IMG/VR virus record: IMGVR_UViG_3300030430_005376 | Span: 32,001 to 96,000 of that record | From: a virus | Direction: 5' to 3' (one strand) | DNA length: 64,000 bases | In this document: positions 1-9,431 of the stretch, piece by piece | Numbering within the stretch: position 1 is the stretch's first letter | How the letters are laid out: the number at the start of each line of letters is the position of its first letter | The notes under the pieces: generated by a model | The model's input: the letters and a program-made list of their open reading frames with translations, nothing else | Database searches by the model: none | What the model was told of the DNA's origin: nothing | Translations under genes and position numbers: made by a program

Positions 1-27
1 AGAGAGTTTATAACTATTTAATCAACA

Positions 28-948
28 TCAAGATTCGTTAATTATGTGACCAGATCCTATTTTCAACTCAATCTTACACATCTTAATTTCACTCAACTCA
101 GATAATCTTGAAAAAACATCTCTTGTTAGAGACTTAATAAAATTCATGTCGTATTTAAGTGTCTCTCTTGTCTCTGAAGACCTTAGATAGAACTCACCAT
201 ATAGAAACTCATTTCTAAGCATAAAGTGGCACAGAGATAAACAGGAGTCATCTGTGTATATAAACCTTCGTGACTCATGTGTTTCTTCACGTCCGTATTC
301 ATTAGCACCTGCTAGTTCGTCATCAATCTTCTTTAAGAGTTTTCTTCTGATCTTATCGTAATATACTTTTTCTTTTTCATAAGACAACATTTCTTCTGAA
401 ACATCTTCAAAAGTTCCATTATCATAATGGGTTATAGACATTCCAATCCTTTCTAAAGATTCTTCAGATGCAGCGGAACCCATAAACATGCGAGCGAAAC
501 TATGAAAAGATCTTCCTTCAAAATGTGATCGAAGGTTATGTACTATGTAATTAACCATGTTTTCATCAATTTCTTTTCTTAGAGTTATAACATTAGGATA
601 GTTCTCAAACTCATCAGCTGCTTCTGAGAATAGATCATAAACTTTTTTAAGTGAAACTAGATTTTGAATCTCATCTCCGCGCTTTTGAAACCTGTCAGCG
701 ATCACACTCCATTCTGGCAGTAGCAAAATCATCACGTTGTTAAAGTTTGACAAATCTCTTTTTAAAGCTTCTACATGAAAATAATCATTCCTACCGTAAA
801 GCCGAGCGTAAACAATCATCGAAAGAGATGATCTATCCTGAATGTTCCAACAGTAATTAGATGCCTCATGAATCTTCTGGTACAAGGTGGTCTTGCCACT
901 CAAATCAGGACCTTCAAGAGTAATTTGATTTATTGGTGTTTTTCTCAT
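28..948 (-). CDS. dNMP (thymidylate-type) kinase fused to a minimal thymidylate synthase-fold domain (putative dCMP-modifying enzyme)
   Basis: N-terminal P-loop [10 protein letters not shown] and DR motif (IQDRSS). C-terminal TS motifs in order: SRR(226-228), SC(236), RSSE(256-259), D267, GSGHI(298-302). Confidence 0.75.
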   Translation of the reverse strand: MRKTPINQITLEGPDLSGKTTLYQKIHEASNYCWNIQDRSSLSMIVYARLYGRNDYFHVEALKRDLSNFNNVMILLLPEWSVIADRFQKRGDEIQNLVSLKKVYDLFSEAADEFENYPNVITLRKEIDENMVNYIVHNLRSHFEGRSFHSFARMFMGSAASEESLERIGMSITHYDNGTFEDVSEEMLSYEKEKVYYDKIRRKLLKKIDDELAGANEYGREETHESRRFIYTDDSCLSLCHFMLRNEFLYGEFYLRSSETRETLKYDMNFIKSLTRDVFSRLSELSEIKMCKIELKIGSGHIINES

Positions 949-2036
949 TTAACAAAGACTCCGTTGAATTGCTGTGATACCCTGACAAAGGTAGTACACT
1001 TGCTAAGCTGCTTAAGGGACGGCGCGCCCACATATGTGCATGTAGATCTTAAACCTCCCAATAAGTCTTTTACAGTGTCGTCAACACTTCCCTTGAAGGG
1101 CACTTCAACAGTTCTTCCTTCAGAAGCACGATATTCAGCAACACCACCGGAGTGTTTATTCATGGCTGTGTCTGAAGACATGCCGTAAAAAGTAACATAT
1201 TTTCTCTCATCAAAAATCGGCCCGCCTGTTTCACCATCATCGTAAACTTCACGCTCAGACGTCTTAAATCTTTTTATGGTGATTTCTCCTCCTCCTTCAA
1301 TGTGCCCCGCAAACATGCCTCCCATCATTACAAAGTCTGCGCCAGCTGCAAAAGCCTTAGCAACATCTCCAGGACAGGTACACCCTCCGTCGGCGATAAT
1401 ATGACCTCCTAAACCGTGAGCTGCATCAGCACATTCTATGATGGCTGACAGTTGGGGATAACCCACGCCTGTCTTTATACGTGTAGTGCACACACTCCCA
1501 GGTCCAATACCTACTTTCACAATGTCAGCGCCTGCAAGAATTAACTCTTGCGTCATATCAGCGGTTACAACGTTTCCTGCGATAAGAGTAATGTCTGGAT
1601 TTTTTTCTTTAAAACGCCTCACGAAGTCAACAAAATATTCTGAGTAGCCATTTGCTACATCAATGCAAACAAACTCTATGTTTGCCTGAAAGTTGTCAAT
1701 AATGTTTTGAGTTTTTTCTAGATCTGAGAGAGAAATTCCGGTGGACATTATTGTAGTCGATGTTTGCCAGTCTGCTTGGTTTGCTTTATAATCGTCATGA
1801 TTATATGACTTTACTAAGCAAGTCATAAGACCGTGTTCGTTTAAAGCTCTTGACATCTCAAATGTACCTACGCCGTCCATGTTGGCAGCAATAACCGGAA
1901 TACCTGTCCAGCTTCTACCGTTTCTAAAAGTATACTGCCTTTTGAGAACTACATCTTTTCTGCTTCTTGCTTCTGATCGCTTAGGGCGTATCAGTACATC
2001 TTTAAAATCTAGCTTTAAGTCTTCTTCAATCCTCAT
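945..2036 (-). CDS. guaC: GMP reductase
   Basis: [36 protein letters not shown] (catalytic Cys), [31 protein letters not shown]. Confidence 0.95.
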   Translation of the reverse strand: MRIEEDLKLDFKDVLIRPKRSEARSRKDVVLKRQYTFRNGRSWTGIPVIAANMDGVGTFEMSRALNEHGLMTCLVKSYNHDDYKANQADWQTSTTIMSTGISLSDLEKTQNIIDNFQANIEFVCIDVANGYSEYFVDFVRRFKEKNPDITLIAGNVVTADMTQELILAGADIVKVGIGPGSVCTTRIKTGVGYPQLSAIIECADAAHGLGGHIIADGGCTCPGDVAKAFAAGADFVMMGGMFAGHIEGGGEITIKRFKTSEREVYDDGETGGPIFDERKYVTFYGMSSDTAMNKHSGGVAEYRASEGRTVEVPFKGSVDDTVKDLLGGLRSTCTYVGAPSLKQLSKCTTFVRVSQQFNGVFVK

Positions 2037-2391
2037 ATTTCCTCACTATGAAATTTTTTTCTATGTATTCGTGTGTCATTTCGCTTAAACCGTGCCCTGT
2101 CAAAATAGTGTAAGATCGGTTCCACTTCTTTTTTCCACCTTTTTTATCGATAACAACACCGCAAAAGTTTACCTTGTCTCCAACATACATCTCTTTTAAG
2201 TTGATCAGAACAAAAGTTAAGACGTTTCCTGGTTCAAATAAGGTGTGATCAGCATCGCTGCGAAAACTAGCTTTAATCCTGGCAAGTCTTTTTTCTGATT
2301 TTTTGATTCTCTTTTTCCTCTTTTTATTTGACAAGTGGGCGTACTTTCGCAGCGCTCGTTGAAGCTCCCCAGTTGGGGTCGTTTGATGCAT
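2026..2391 (-). CDS. hypothetical protein (true start may be TTG near 2334)
   Basis: Fills the gap between dnaE and guaC on the coding strand; the ORF-track start overlaps dnaE by 68 nt. Confidence 0.5.
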   Translation of the reverse strand: MHQTTPTGELQRALRKYAHLSNKKRKKRIKKSEKRLARIKASFRSDADHTLFEPGNVLTFVLINLKEMYVGDKVNFCGVVIDKKGGKKKWNRSYTILTGHGLSEMTHEYIEKNFIVRKYED

Positions 2392-5300
2392 TAGTTAACC
2401 ATATTGTGTAGGGTTGCATAGAGTTAGGAATCTGACCCCAGACACGAAGCCAACCTGTATTGCTTTCCTCATCTGTTATCTTAACACGATAGAAAGTCTT
2501 TTTATTCTTTGTGGTCTTTTTAATTGTCTCAACAACACAGAACCAAGCAATACCTTTTTCACCTGGATCCATCTGCAGAACTGACTTGACATTAGCACTT
2601 CGAATCTTTGTCATAAGTTCGTCAGGAAATGCTAAGTCGTCACGAGTTGCAGAGCACATGTCCTGATACATTTGAAGCTTTTCAATACGTGTCCAGTCTT
2701 CAACATCTTGCGTTTCTTCAATAAGTTTCGGAAGGATAGGTTCTGCATCTTTCTTCTTTGCTTGTCGAAGTGTCATGCCAAACTTACTCTTTTTAAGCGT
2801 GTTGTAGTTCTCGATGATAATCTCGTGAAGCTGCCTGTGATTGTTAATCTCACCTTTCCACACTTCTTCGAGAACGTCGAGTGCTTCCACAGAACATAGC
2901 GCAGCGAAACCAGTCTTATTGAGTTTAGAGTGGTACCACTTTCCTTCTTCATCGTAAAGCATTTGATTTAGCGATGTGTAGGGGCGATTCTCAAAGATTT
3001 CTTTAACAGCATTTTTGCCAAGACCCTTGATAGATGTCAAAGGAGGAATGAAAGAGTTTTTATTTTCAGACCATGCCCAGTTGATACCTGACTCATTGAC
3101 GTCAGGAGTACTGACTGAATAACCCATCGCTTTAATCTCAGAGATTGCTTTTGACAAGTTCTTAGGGTTACCATTTTCAGATTCAAGAATCGTACCAAGC
3201 CAATCAGTCTCGTAGTATGTGTGAAGCCAGGCAGCATAGTAGGAACCGATTGCATAAGCAACAGCATGCGACTTGTTGAAGCCGTAAACTGAGAAGAACT
3301 CAATTCTTTCCCAAAGCTCTTGAGAAACATGTTCAGGCACGCCATTTAGATCTTTAGCACCTTTGACAAACTTAAGACGAGCAGCCTCACGCTCATCACC
3401 TTTCTTGCCCATCGTGTCAAGAGACTTCTTGACCAGCGTCTTGCGAAGCTTATCAGATTCCGCCGGTGTGAAACCGCCTAGTTTCTGTGCCAAAAGCATG
3501 AACTGCTCTTGGAAAGTAACGTGACCGAATGTTGGCCCAAGAATCTCTTTGATAATTGGGTGAGCATACTCGATCTGTTCGGCCCGGGCTTTATCCTTGA
3601 CATATTTCTTGTGAACGTTAGCTCGAAGAGGACCGGGTCGATAGATTGCCGTCAGTGCAGCGAGTTCGATGATAGATGTCGGCTTAGCATCTTCGCAGAA
3701 ACGTCGAGCGCCTTCAGCTGTGAACTGAAAGACACCTACTTTACGGCGCTGATGATAAACGTGCTCCCAGACCTTTGGATCATCTTGTTCCACGAATCGG
3801 CAGTTGAGATGCTCGTCAAACCAGTCACGAATCTCAATGAAGGTGGGTTCTTTACCTGTTTCTCTAGTGATAATTCGACGAATGCAGTTTTCAACATCCT
3901 TAAGAAGCGTAAGACCCAAGAAGTCAAACTTAATGAAACCATTATCTTCCAAGTTTCGGAAGTTCATGCCTTCTGTCCAAGGAGTCTGTAGTTCGCCTCG
4001 AACACCGATAATAGGCATTGTTTTCGCCAAGTCTTCAGCCGGGCCTATGATAACGCCACCGGCGTGACGACCAATTGATCTATTTTGCATGAAGAGCGCT
4101 TCAATGTGATCTTTGACCTTTGGATACTTTTCCATAAAGTCGCGATACTTTTTGGAGTATTCCATACAGTCTTCATGCTTGAGAACAAACACAGACTTCT
4201 CAGTGTTTTCGTCCCTCGCTTGTGCCATAACTTCATCTTGCAGCGGACCAGTCATCTTATTGACCTCAGCAAAGTCAATCTGGTAGAACTTAGCAATGTC
4301 CTTGACAAGAGACTTAAGCTTTAGCGTGTTAAAGTTGGAAACAGGAATAACTGATTCAAAACCATAAAGTTCTCTTGCGGCATTAATAAGGGCGTCGCGA
4401 TCACCTGCATCAGAGTCAATGTCAGGCCAGGATGTTCTGTGACGCCCAAGGAATCGCTCCCAAAGGAGATCGTACTTGAGCGGATCGACCTGGGTTATTC
4501 CAAGAAGGTAGTTGACTAGAGAACCACCGCCCGAACCTCGAGCAGCTCCAAAGAGAGTATGATCTGCAGCTTTGTGGAAGACTTCGTTCATGACCAAGAA
4601 GTAGTTTTCAAATCCTAAGAACTTGATATCAGCAAGTTCCATCTTGGCACGTTCAACGTACTCTTCTTTTTCATGCATTCCTTCTTTGACTAGTGCTTGC
4701 TTAACTTTCTGCGCAAGCTGTTGAAAAGCAGTCTGGTCTGGTTTATTAAAATCAGGCAACTTAACACTGGTATCAATCCAACAATCAGTACATTTATCCC
4801 AAGCGATATCATGAGTTCTCTCAATCGAATCCTTAACGGCAATTTCGTATCCCTCATAAGTGTCTTTATATTCATCGTAGTGCCTCGTAAATTCATCCCA
4901 CATCTGTTGCGCATTCTTAGGGTAGAGCTCGCACTTTAGATCTTCAAACTCTGGCAAGGGAGAAGGATCATTACCCATCCAACCTAGCTTTTTGTAAAGC
5001 TCGCGTGCTTCCCATTTGTTAGGATTGTAGTAGTGTGAGTCAGGAGTAGCGACAAGATTGAGACCTGTCATTTCTGCGTGCCGCAGTAAGTGATGGTTTA
5101 CAAGATGTTGTTGTTTAAGCCTGTTAAATTGAATCTCAAGATAAAAGTTTTCTTCACCAACAGCATCAACAAACTTATCAGATAGCTGCATAAGCTCTGC
5201 TTGAATCTCACTGTCTGACTTCTTAAGCGCATTTCCGCGCATGATTCTATTAGAGTAAATACCACCTAAACAAGCGGTAGAGACATTAAGGCCTTTGCCA

Positions 5301-5839
5301 TGTTGTTTGAGAAGATCAAAGTCAATGCGGGGATAACGATAGAATCCCTCTGTGTACGCACGTTTGATCAGAGTGAACAAATTGCCTAAACCTTCACGGT
5401 CCTGTGCAGTGATCACCAGATGATAACGTCGTTTCCATTCATCCTTGTTGACATCTACTGTCTTAGTCTCGTCTTCGTTCTCGATAACATGCCCAGCATC
5501 AGCATCTTCCTTAAGCGCCTTTTGCTTTGCAAGTGCTCGATCAATCTTTGATTGCTCATAATCTTCTTTCCAGCCTGCAAGCGAGGGAACAAAATAGAAC
5601 TCGCAACCATAAATCTGTCGATACTTTCGGCCGCTCTTCTGAATCTTGGTTGCATGCTTGTGAGCGTGTGCCAAACCGCTACCGTTTCCGTGATCAGTCA
5701 GACCCCAAGCGTCCATGCCATTTTCAAGAACAAAGTCAATGTGATCCTTAGGGTAACCTAGTCCGTCGAAGACCGAGAAACCTGTGTGACCGTGTAATCC
5801 TACAAAGCGAGTTGGCGCTTTCATGTCAAAAATGTTCAT
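2324..5839 (-). CDS. dnaE: DNA polymerase III alpha subunit (family C) with PHP domain
   Basis: PHP ligands HGH, TDHG, GCE, YHL, TAC, PDSHY; RGSGGGSLVNYLLGIT; PDIDSD; KFDFLGL; YGFNKSHA; C-terminal OB fold. Start set at ATG 5839 (AGGAG upstream) rather than the track's 5863. Confidence 0.95.
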   Translation of the reverse strand: MNIFDMKAPTRFVGLHGHTGFSVFDGLGYPKDHIDFVLENGMDAWGLTDHGNGSGLAHAHKHATKIQKSGRKYRQIYGCEFYFVPSLAGWKEDYEQSKIDRALAKQKALKEDADAGHVIENEDETKTVDVNKDEWKRRYHLVITAQDREGLGNLFTLIKRAYTEGFYRYPRIDFDLLKQHGKGLNVSTACLGGIYSNRIMRGNALKKSDSEIQAELMQLSDKFVDAVGEENFYLEIQFNRLKQQHLVNHHLLRHAEMTGLNLVATPDSHYYNPNKWEARELYKKLGWMGNDPSPLPEFEDLKCELYPKNAQQMWDEFTRHYDEYKDTYEGYEIAVKDSIERTHDIAWDKCTDCWIDTSVKLPDFNKPDQTAFQQLAQKVKQALVKEGMHEKEEYVERAKMELADIKFLGFENYFLVMNEVFHKAADHTLFGAARGSGGGSLVNYLLGITQVDPLKYDLLWERFLGRHRTSWPDIDSDAGDRDALINAARELYGFESVIPVSNFNTLKLKSLVKDIAKFYQIDFAEVNKMTGPLQDEVMAQARDENTEKSVFVLKHEDCMEYSKKYRDFMEKYPKVKDHIEALFMQNRSIGRHAGGVIIGPAEDLAKTMPIIGVRGELQTPWTEGMNFRNLEDNGFIKFDFLGLTLLKDVENCIRRIITRETGKEPTFIEIRDWFDEHLNCRFVEQDDPKVWEHVYHQRRKVGVFQFTAEGARRFCEDAKPTSIIELAALTAIYRPGPLRANVHKKYVKDKARAEQIEYAHPIIKEILGPTFGHVTFQEQFMLLAQKLGGFTPAESDKLRKTLVKKSLDTMGKKGDEREAARLKFVKGAKDLNGVPEHVSQELWERIEFFSVYGFNKSHAVAYAIGSYYAAWLHTYYETDWLGTILESENGNPKNLSKAISEIKAMGYSVSTPDVNESGINWAWSENKNSFIPPLTSIKGLGKNAVKEIFENRPYTSLNQMLYDEEGKWYHSKLNKTGFAALCSVEALDVLEEVWKGEINNHRQLHEIIIENYNTLKKSKFGMTLRQAKKKDAEPILPKLIEETQDVEDWTRIEKLQMYQDMCSATRDDLAFPDELMTKIRSANVKSVLQMDPGEKGIAWFCVVETIKKTTKNKKTFYRVKITDEESNTGWLRVWGQIPNSMQPYTIWLTNASNDPNWGASTSAAKVRPLVK

Positions 5840-5857
5840 TATACTCCTAAAAATAAA

Positions 5858-5883
5858 CCTCACACTTATTATAAAATGTGAGG
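5858..5883 (-). terminator. intrinsic terminator hairpin CCTCACA/TGTGAGG followed by TTTATTTTT; loop contains the dnaE -10 box
   Basis: 7-bp inverted repeat plus U-tract downstream of 5914..6738. Confidence 0.7.
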
Positions 5884-5896
5884 CTTAGGTTTACAC
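5868..5896 (-). promoter_or_regulatory. sigma70-type promoter GTGTAA-N17-TATAAT for dnaE
   Basis: Perfect TATAAT with a 17-nt spacer; -35 resembles the TTGTAA/TTGTAC boxes at recA and ssb. Confidence 0.7.
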
Positions 5897-5913
5897 TCTT
5901 TTAAATTTATTAC

Positions 5914-6738
5914 TTAAGCTTGGGAAGATAATGCATCTTTTAGTTTTTTTGCTTCTTCTTCACTCAAAGCACCTTTTTTGACGTTTGCAATCAGCTGATT
6001 CTTCATCTTTTCGGCAGCTTCTGTTTTTATAGTCTTTCTTCTCTTCAGTATCGCAGTTGTAAAATCCTTGTCAATTAACGGCCCTTTACGTTTTTTGCCG
6101 TTTAAGTCTGTGTACTCTTCAGAAATAAGTTCAAGATACAACCTTTTCCCTTCTTTAGTATCCATCACGGCAGCAAGATAGTCTACCATTTCATAGCGTG
6201 ACCATGATTTTACTACAAGAGTTTTTCCAGGATTTCTTGCTATGTCAGTTAGCTTCAACGGAGTATCTTTACCGCCGGTTCGGCGGAGTGACCTCAGCTT
6301 CTTTAACACACCCTCAACAGTATCTAACTGCTCAATGCTTTTTTGCAACATATTTGGGAGAAAGTTAAAAGCCCCCCACACAGCAGCTACAAGCAGTAGC
6401 GGCCCAGCAAAGCTCGCGGCGGTTTTCGCCGCCTTGAAAGCACTTTCGCTTCCCTTCTGCAACAATGTCTTTTTCAATAGTGTTGACGCTGTGCCTTCTA
6501 CGCCGCCTATTTCAGCTTGTACCCCTCTGCCGTAAGTGCCTCCAGAAGATGCTCCAGCCGCCGCGCCGCCGGACCCACCCATAGCAATTGCAAGTAATTT
6601 AGATCCCTGAAAAGATCCCAGAAGAGCTAATAATTTAGCTGTCTCTGTGGCCCCGGAAACTGTTCCAGCTCTCTTTACTTCGGCTTCACCAAGCATTTCA
6701 ACGACTAAGTGCTTTAGTTCTCTTCTCGTAATTTTCAT
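5914..6738 (-). CDS. putative internal virion protein with MKITRRE leader and Gly/Ala-rich hydrophobic segments
   Basis: Leader shared with ORFs at 61781-62851; hydrophobic stretch FAGPLLLVAAVWGAFNFL. Confidence 0.55.
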   Translation of the reverse strand: MKITRRELKHLVVEMLGEAEVKRAGTVSGATETAKLLALLGSFQGSKLLAIAMGGSGGAAAGASSGGTYGRGVQAEIGGVEGTASTLLKKTLLQKGSESAFKAAKTAASFAGPLLLVAAVWGAFNFLPNMLQKSIEQLDTVEGVLKKLRSLRRTGGKDTPLKLTDIARNPGKTLVVKSWSRYEMVDYLAAVMDTKEGKRLYLELISEEYTDLNGKKRKGPLIDKDFTTAILKRRKTIKTEAAEKMKNQLIANVKKGALSEEEAKKLKDALSSQA

Positions 6739-6743
6739 ATAGA

Positions 6744-6750
6744 TAAGTAT
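6744..6750 (-). promoter_or_regulatory. candidate late promoter ATACTTA
   Basis: Same ATANTTA motif occurs upstream of several structural genes; here 5 nt from the ATG with no SD sequence. Confidence 0.45.
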
Positions 6751-6759
6751 TGACTATTC

Positions 6760-7755
6760 TTAGTAAAAGTCAGTCAAGTTTACACCTTTCTCTTTTGCCT
6801 CGTCAAGGTGAACAAGCGGATCATATCCTTCGCTTTCACGAATCTCTCTAATCGTTCTACGTATACCTTCTTCAAGTGAAATCTTGGGCTGCCAGCCTGA
6901 CATTGCTCTAAACTTTCTTGAAGACAATCGGTGGTTTCCTAAATAGTCAGTTTCAGGATGCCAGGTCAAAACATCTGAAGTCTTGCCTGTTTCTTCAAGA
7001 AGTATACTTGAGAGCAATTCCATGATCTCGCCTGTGTTCATAGGCGTCTCTGCAGCCACGTTCCAGTCGTCATTCCACAGACCTTGCTTAATGGCTGTTA
7101 AAACTGCATCGCAGTAATCATCAACATGCATGTAGTCTTTGATCTTCTCTTTATCTAAGAACATGTCAATTTCTCCACGATTGTTCAAACTTCCATATAC
7201 AGTCTTAGCTATAAGAGAGTTCATGTCACCATCACCGCCGTAAGCAAAGAGAGGTCGAACAATCATCCATCTGTTACCTGTTTGACTTTTGACAATGTCT
7301 TCGGCACATAGTTTCTGACAGCCGTAAAGAGTTGAAGGTCCTTTTGTTGAAACCTCTGTTATGTCTATTTCTTGATATTTAGCAACATCATAAATAACTG
7401 TGGTTCCCATGTAACAAACAGGTATTCCTAAACCTTTTGCTGCTCTGCAAATGTTATAAGTGCCGGCGACATTAGTCAATGTTGCTTCACTTGCGTTTAG
7501 TGCAACAACATCAGTTCCGACAACGGCTGCATTGTGAATCACAACATTGACTTTGTTTCGATAGAAAAACTCTTTCCAAGCCATAATATCATTCTGATGA
7601 ACACAAAGCTCTCCTGGCTTATGGAAAATTAATTCAACATCGTTTGGTGTGTCGAATTTTGAATCTGAAGAAACGTGTTTAAAGCCAAACTCTTGAAGCT
7701 TTCTTACAAGATTTCTACCGATGAAGCCTTTTTCACCTGTTACAAATACATTCAT
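6760..7755 (-). CDS. NAD-dependent NDP-sugar epimerase/dehydratase (extended SDR)
   Basis: TGEKGFIG (GxxGxxG), HNAA, catalytic YGCQK (YxxxK), RPLFAYG, KDYMHVDD. Confidence 0.9.
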   Translation of the reverse strand: MNVFVTGEKGFIGRNLVRKLQEFGFKHVSSDSKFDTPNDVELIFHKPGELCVHQNDIMAWKEFFYRNKVNVVIHNAAVVGTDVVALNASEATLTNVAGTYNICRAAKGLGIPVCYMGTTVIYDVAKYQEIDITEVSTKGPSTLYGCQKLCAEDIVKSQTGNRWMIVRPLFAYGGDGDMNSLIAKTVYGSLNNRGEIDMFLDKEKIKDYMHVDDYCDAVLTAIKQGLWNDDWNVAAETPMNTGEIMELLSSILLEETGKTSDVLTWHPETDYLGNHRLSSRKFRAMSGWQPKISLEEGIRRTIREIRESEGYDPLVHLDEAKEKGVNLTDFY

Positions 7756-7757
7756 TT

Positions 7758-8210
7758 TTATTCAATCTTTCCCTGATAGCGTCTGGGCAAAACTGTGTTA
7801 CCTTCGTCAATACAGTACTGAAGATATTCTTCAAGATCACTCAGCGAAGTACATACAGCTTCACCGCTAGCAGCTAGCATTAGATTGAACTGCGCGCCTT
7901 CTGGTAAGCCTGCACAAAAATAAATAATAGGCTTTTCTAGCTTATGAAAGTATCCTGCTTCAAAGATACTGCCCATGTCTTTGTTTCTAGTATTGCAAAG
8001 CATCCAGTCGCATTCTTCCATTCCACGAATGTTGCCATTGAAAACCTGATCTTGGAAGTTTACTGTTGAGTCTGGTGTGCAGAGATTTTCATCTTTTGGT
8101 GAAAAATAATCTAACCCTAAGTCGTCTAAAGTTGCTTTGATATTCTCTAGTTCTTCAAGCCACTCAGGTGAAAACCACCCACTTGCAATATAACATTTGT
8201 TCATGCTCAT
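7758..8210 (-). CDS. nucleoside 2-deoxyribosyltransferase / dNMP N-glycosidase family protein
   Basis: YIASGWF, YFSP, DMGSIFEAGY (catalytic Glu), KPII. Confidence 0.85.
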   Translation of the reverse strand: MSMNKCYIASGWFSPEWLEELENIKATLDDLGLDYFSPKDENLCTPDSTVNFQDQVFNGNIRGMEECDWMLCNTRNKDMGSIFEAGYFHKLEKPIIYFCAGLPEGAQFNLMLAASGEAVCTSLSDLEEYLQYCIDEGNTVLPRRYQGKIE

Positions 8211-9193
8211 TATCTTCTCTCCATAAATGTTTCGTAGTTATCTTTCATTTCATTAATTTCTTTCATTGTACTTTCCCAAATATCTTCAAAGACTGTTAAC
8301 GTGCCTGGATTGTTTGTACCATTAATCTCTTCCCGGCGAGCTTGGTAAATTGTGTCATCAGGGTGAAACTCAAAGATATCGTTCTTAGGTTCAGGCCAAT
8401 ACAAGTTTGTACCTCTTGAAGTAAATCCGTCACCTACCTTTACTCTAAAGGTCTTGACATAGTGCATATCAGGCTTATCGAAGTTGATAGCAGTTGAAGC
8501 TTCTGGAAGAACTCGAATAAGCTCTCTTGCCATGTAAGCTGCAAGAATATTATCAGCGGCTGGCTGAATCTGTCGGTCTTGTCGTTGACGAATAAAACCC
8601 AGCAGGTCTTTAAGATTCATGCGCATAAGATAAAAAGAAGTCATGCACTTAGGCAGAATCATACGAGCATCCATCATAGATACGTCTTTAGAATCAGTCA
8701 TGTCTGCGTAAAGTTGCTTTGAGTCCCTTACAATATCCATGTATCGACGTAAAAATTCTGGAGAGTTTTCTACTGCTTCAGGAATAACTGCGTCGTCATC
8801 ACGAAGATCCCGGTCGCCTGTACATTGCGCTGCGAAAGAACCTGCTCTGTGTCGAATAATGTGAGTAACTTCTTGGAAAGAAAGGCCACTCAACTTAAAA
8901 GTAAAACCTAAACATTCCATTGGTGTTGGAAGGGCTCTAAAGTTTAAGACATCTTCAAGATTCTGAGAAAGATCTTGCATAGAAGTAGTTGAAGGATTAG
9001 TTTCATCGTGATGATCTGCCCAAGTTGCTTTAACGTACTGCCACGCAACATTTAGAGCTTGTGATCTAGTTGGGTGATCAACAAGTTCGACGCCTAAAGC
9101 ACGAAGATTGTTAGAAAAAGTTGTCGATGGAGCTTGATCAAACTTTAGTTCCATCGGCAAAGTGACAGGTGTGAGTGACTTGTTAAGTGGCAT
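8210..9193 (-). CDS. thyX: divergent flavin-dependent thymidylate synthase (ThyX-like)
   Basis: RHRAGSFAAQCTGDR (canonical RHRxxSxxxxSxRY), DARMILP, RQRQDRQIQ. Confidence 0.75.
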   Translation of the reverse strand: MPLNKSLTPVTLPMELKFDQAPSTTFSNNLRALGVELVDHPTRSQALNVAWQYVKATWADHHDETNPSTTSMQDLSQNLEDVLNFRALPTPMECLGFTFKLSGLSFQEVTHIIRHRAGSFAAQCTGDRDLRDDDAVIPEAVENSPEFLRRYMDIVRDSKQLYADMTDSKDVSMMDARMILPKCMTSFYLMRMNLKDLLGFIRQRQDRQIQPAADNILAAYMARELIRVLPEASTAINFDKPDMHYVKTFRVKVGDGFTSRGTNLYWPEPKNDIFEFHPDDTIYQARREEINGTNNPGTLTVFEDIWESTMKEINEMKDNYETFMERR

Positions 9194-9430
9194 TTATGCT
9201 TCCTTCCTTTTGTTTATGTTCTTATTATTTTCTTTTTTATTTGTTTTTACAGGCGTACCTGTAATTACTTTAAATTTAATTCCTGCCGGGCCGCATCGTC
9301 TAATCTTTACGTGATCGAAGCCATCTTCTAGCAAACTAACTCTAAAACTGTCGGCGCTAGTGTAGTCTAAAAATGTTCTCACTTCTTTCCACGTGAATTT
9401 TCTTATGCTTGTTTTTGTTTCCTTACTCAA
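9194..9430 (-). CDS. hypothetical protein
   Basis: In-operon ORF abutting both neighbours. Confidence 0.65.
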   Translation of the reverse strand: MSKETKTSIRKFTWKEVRTFLDYTSADSFRVSLLEDGFDHVKIRRCGPAGIKFKVITGTPVKTNKKENNKNINKRKEA

Positions 9431-9431
9431 T

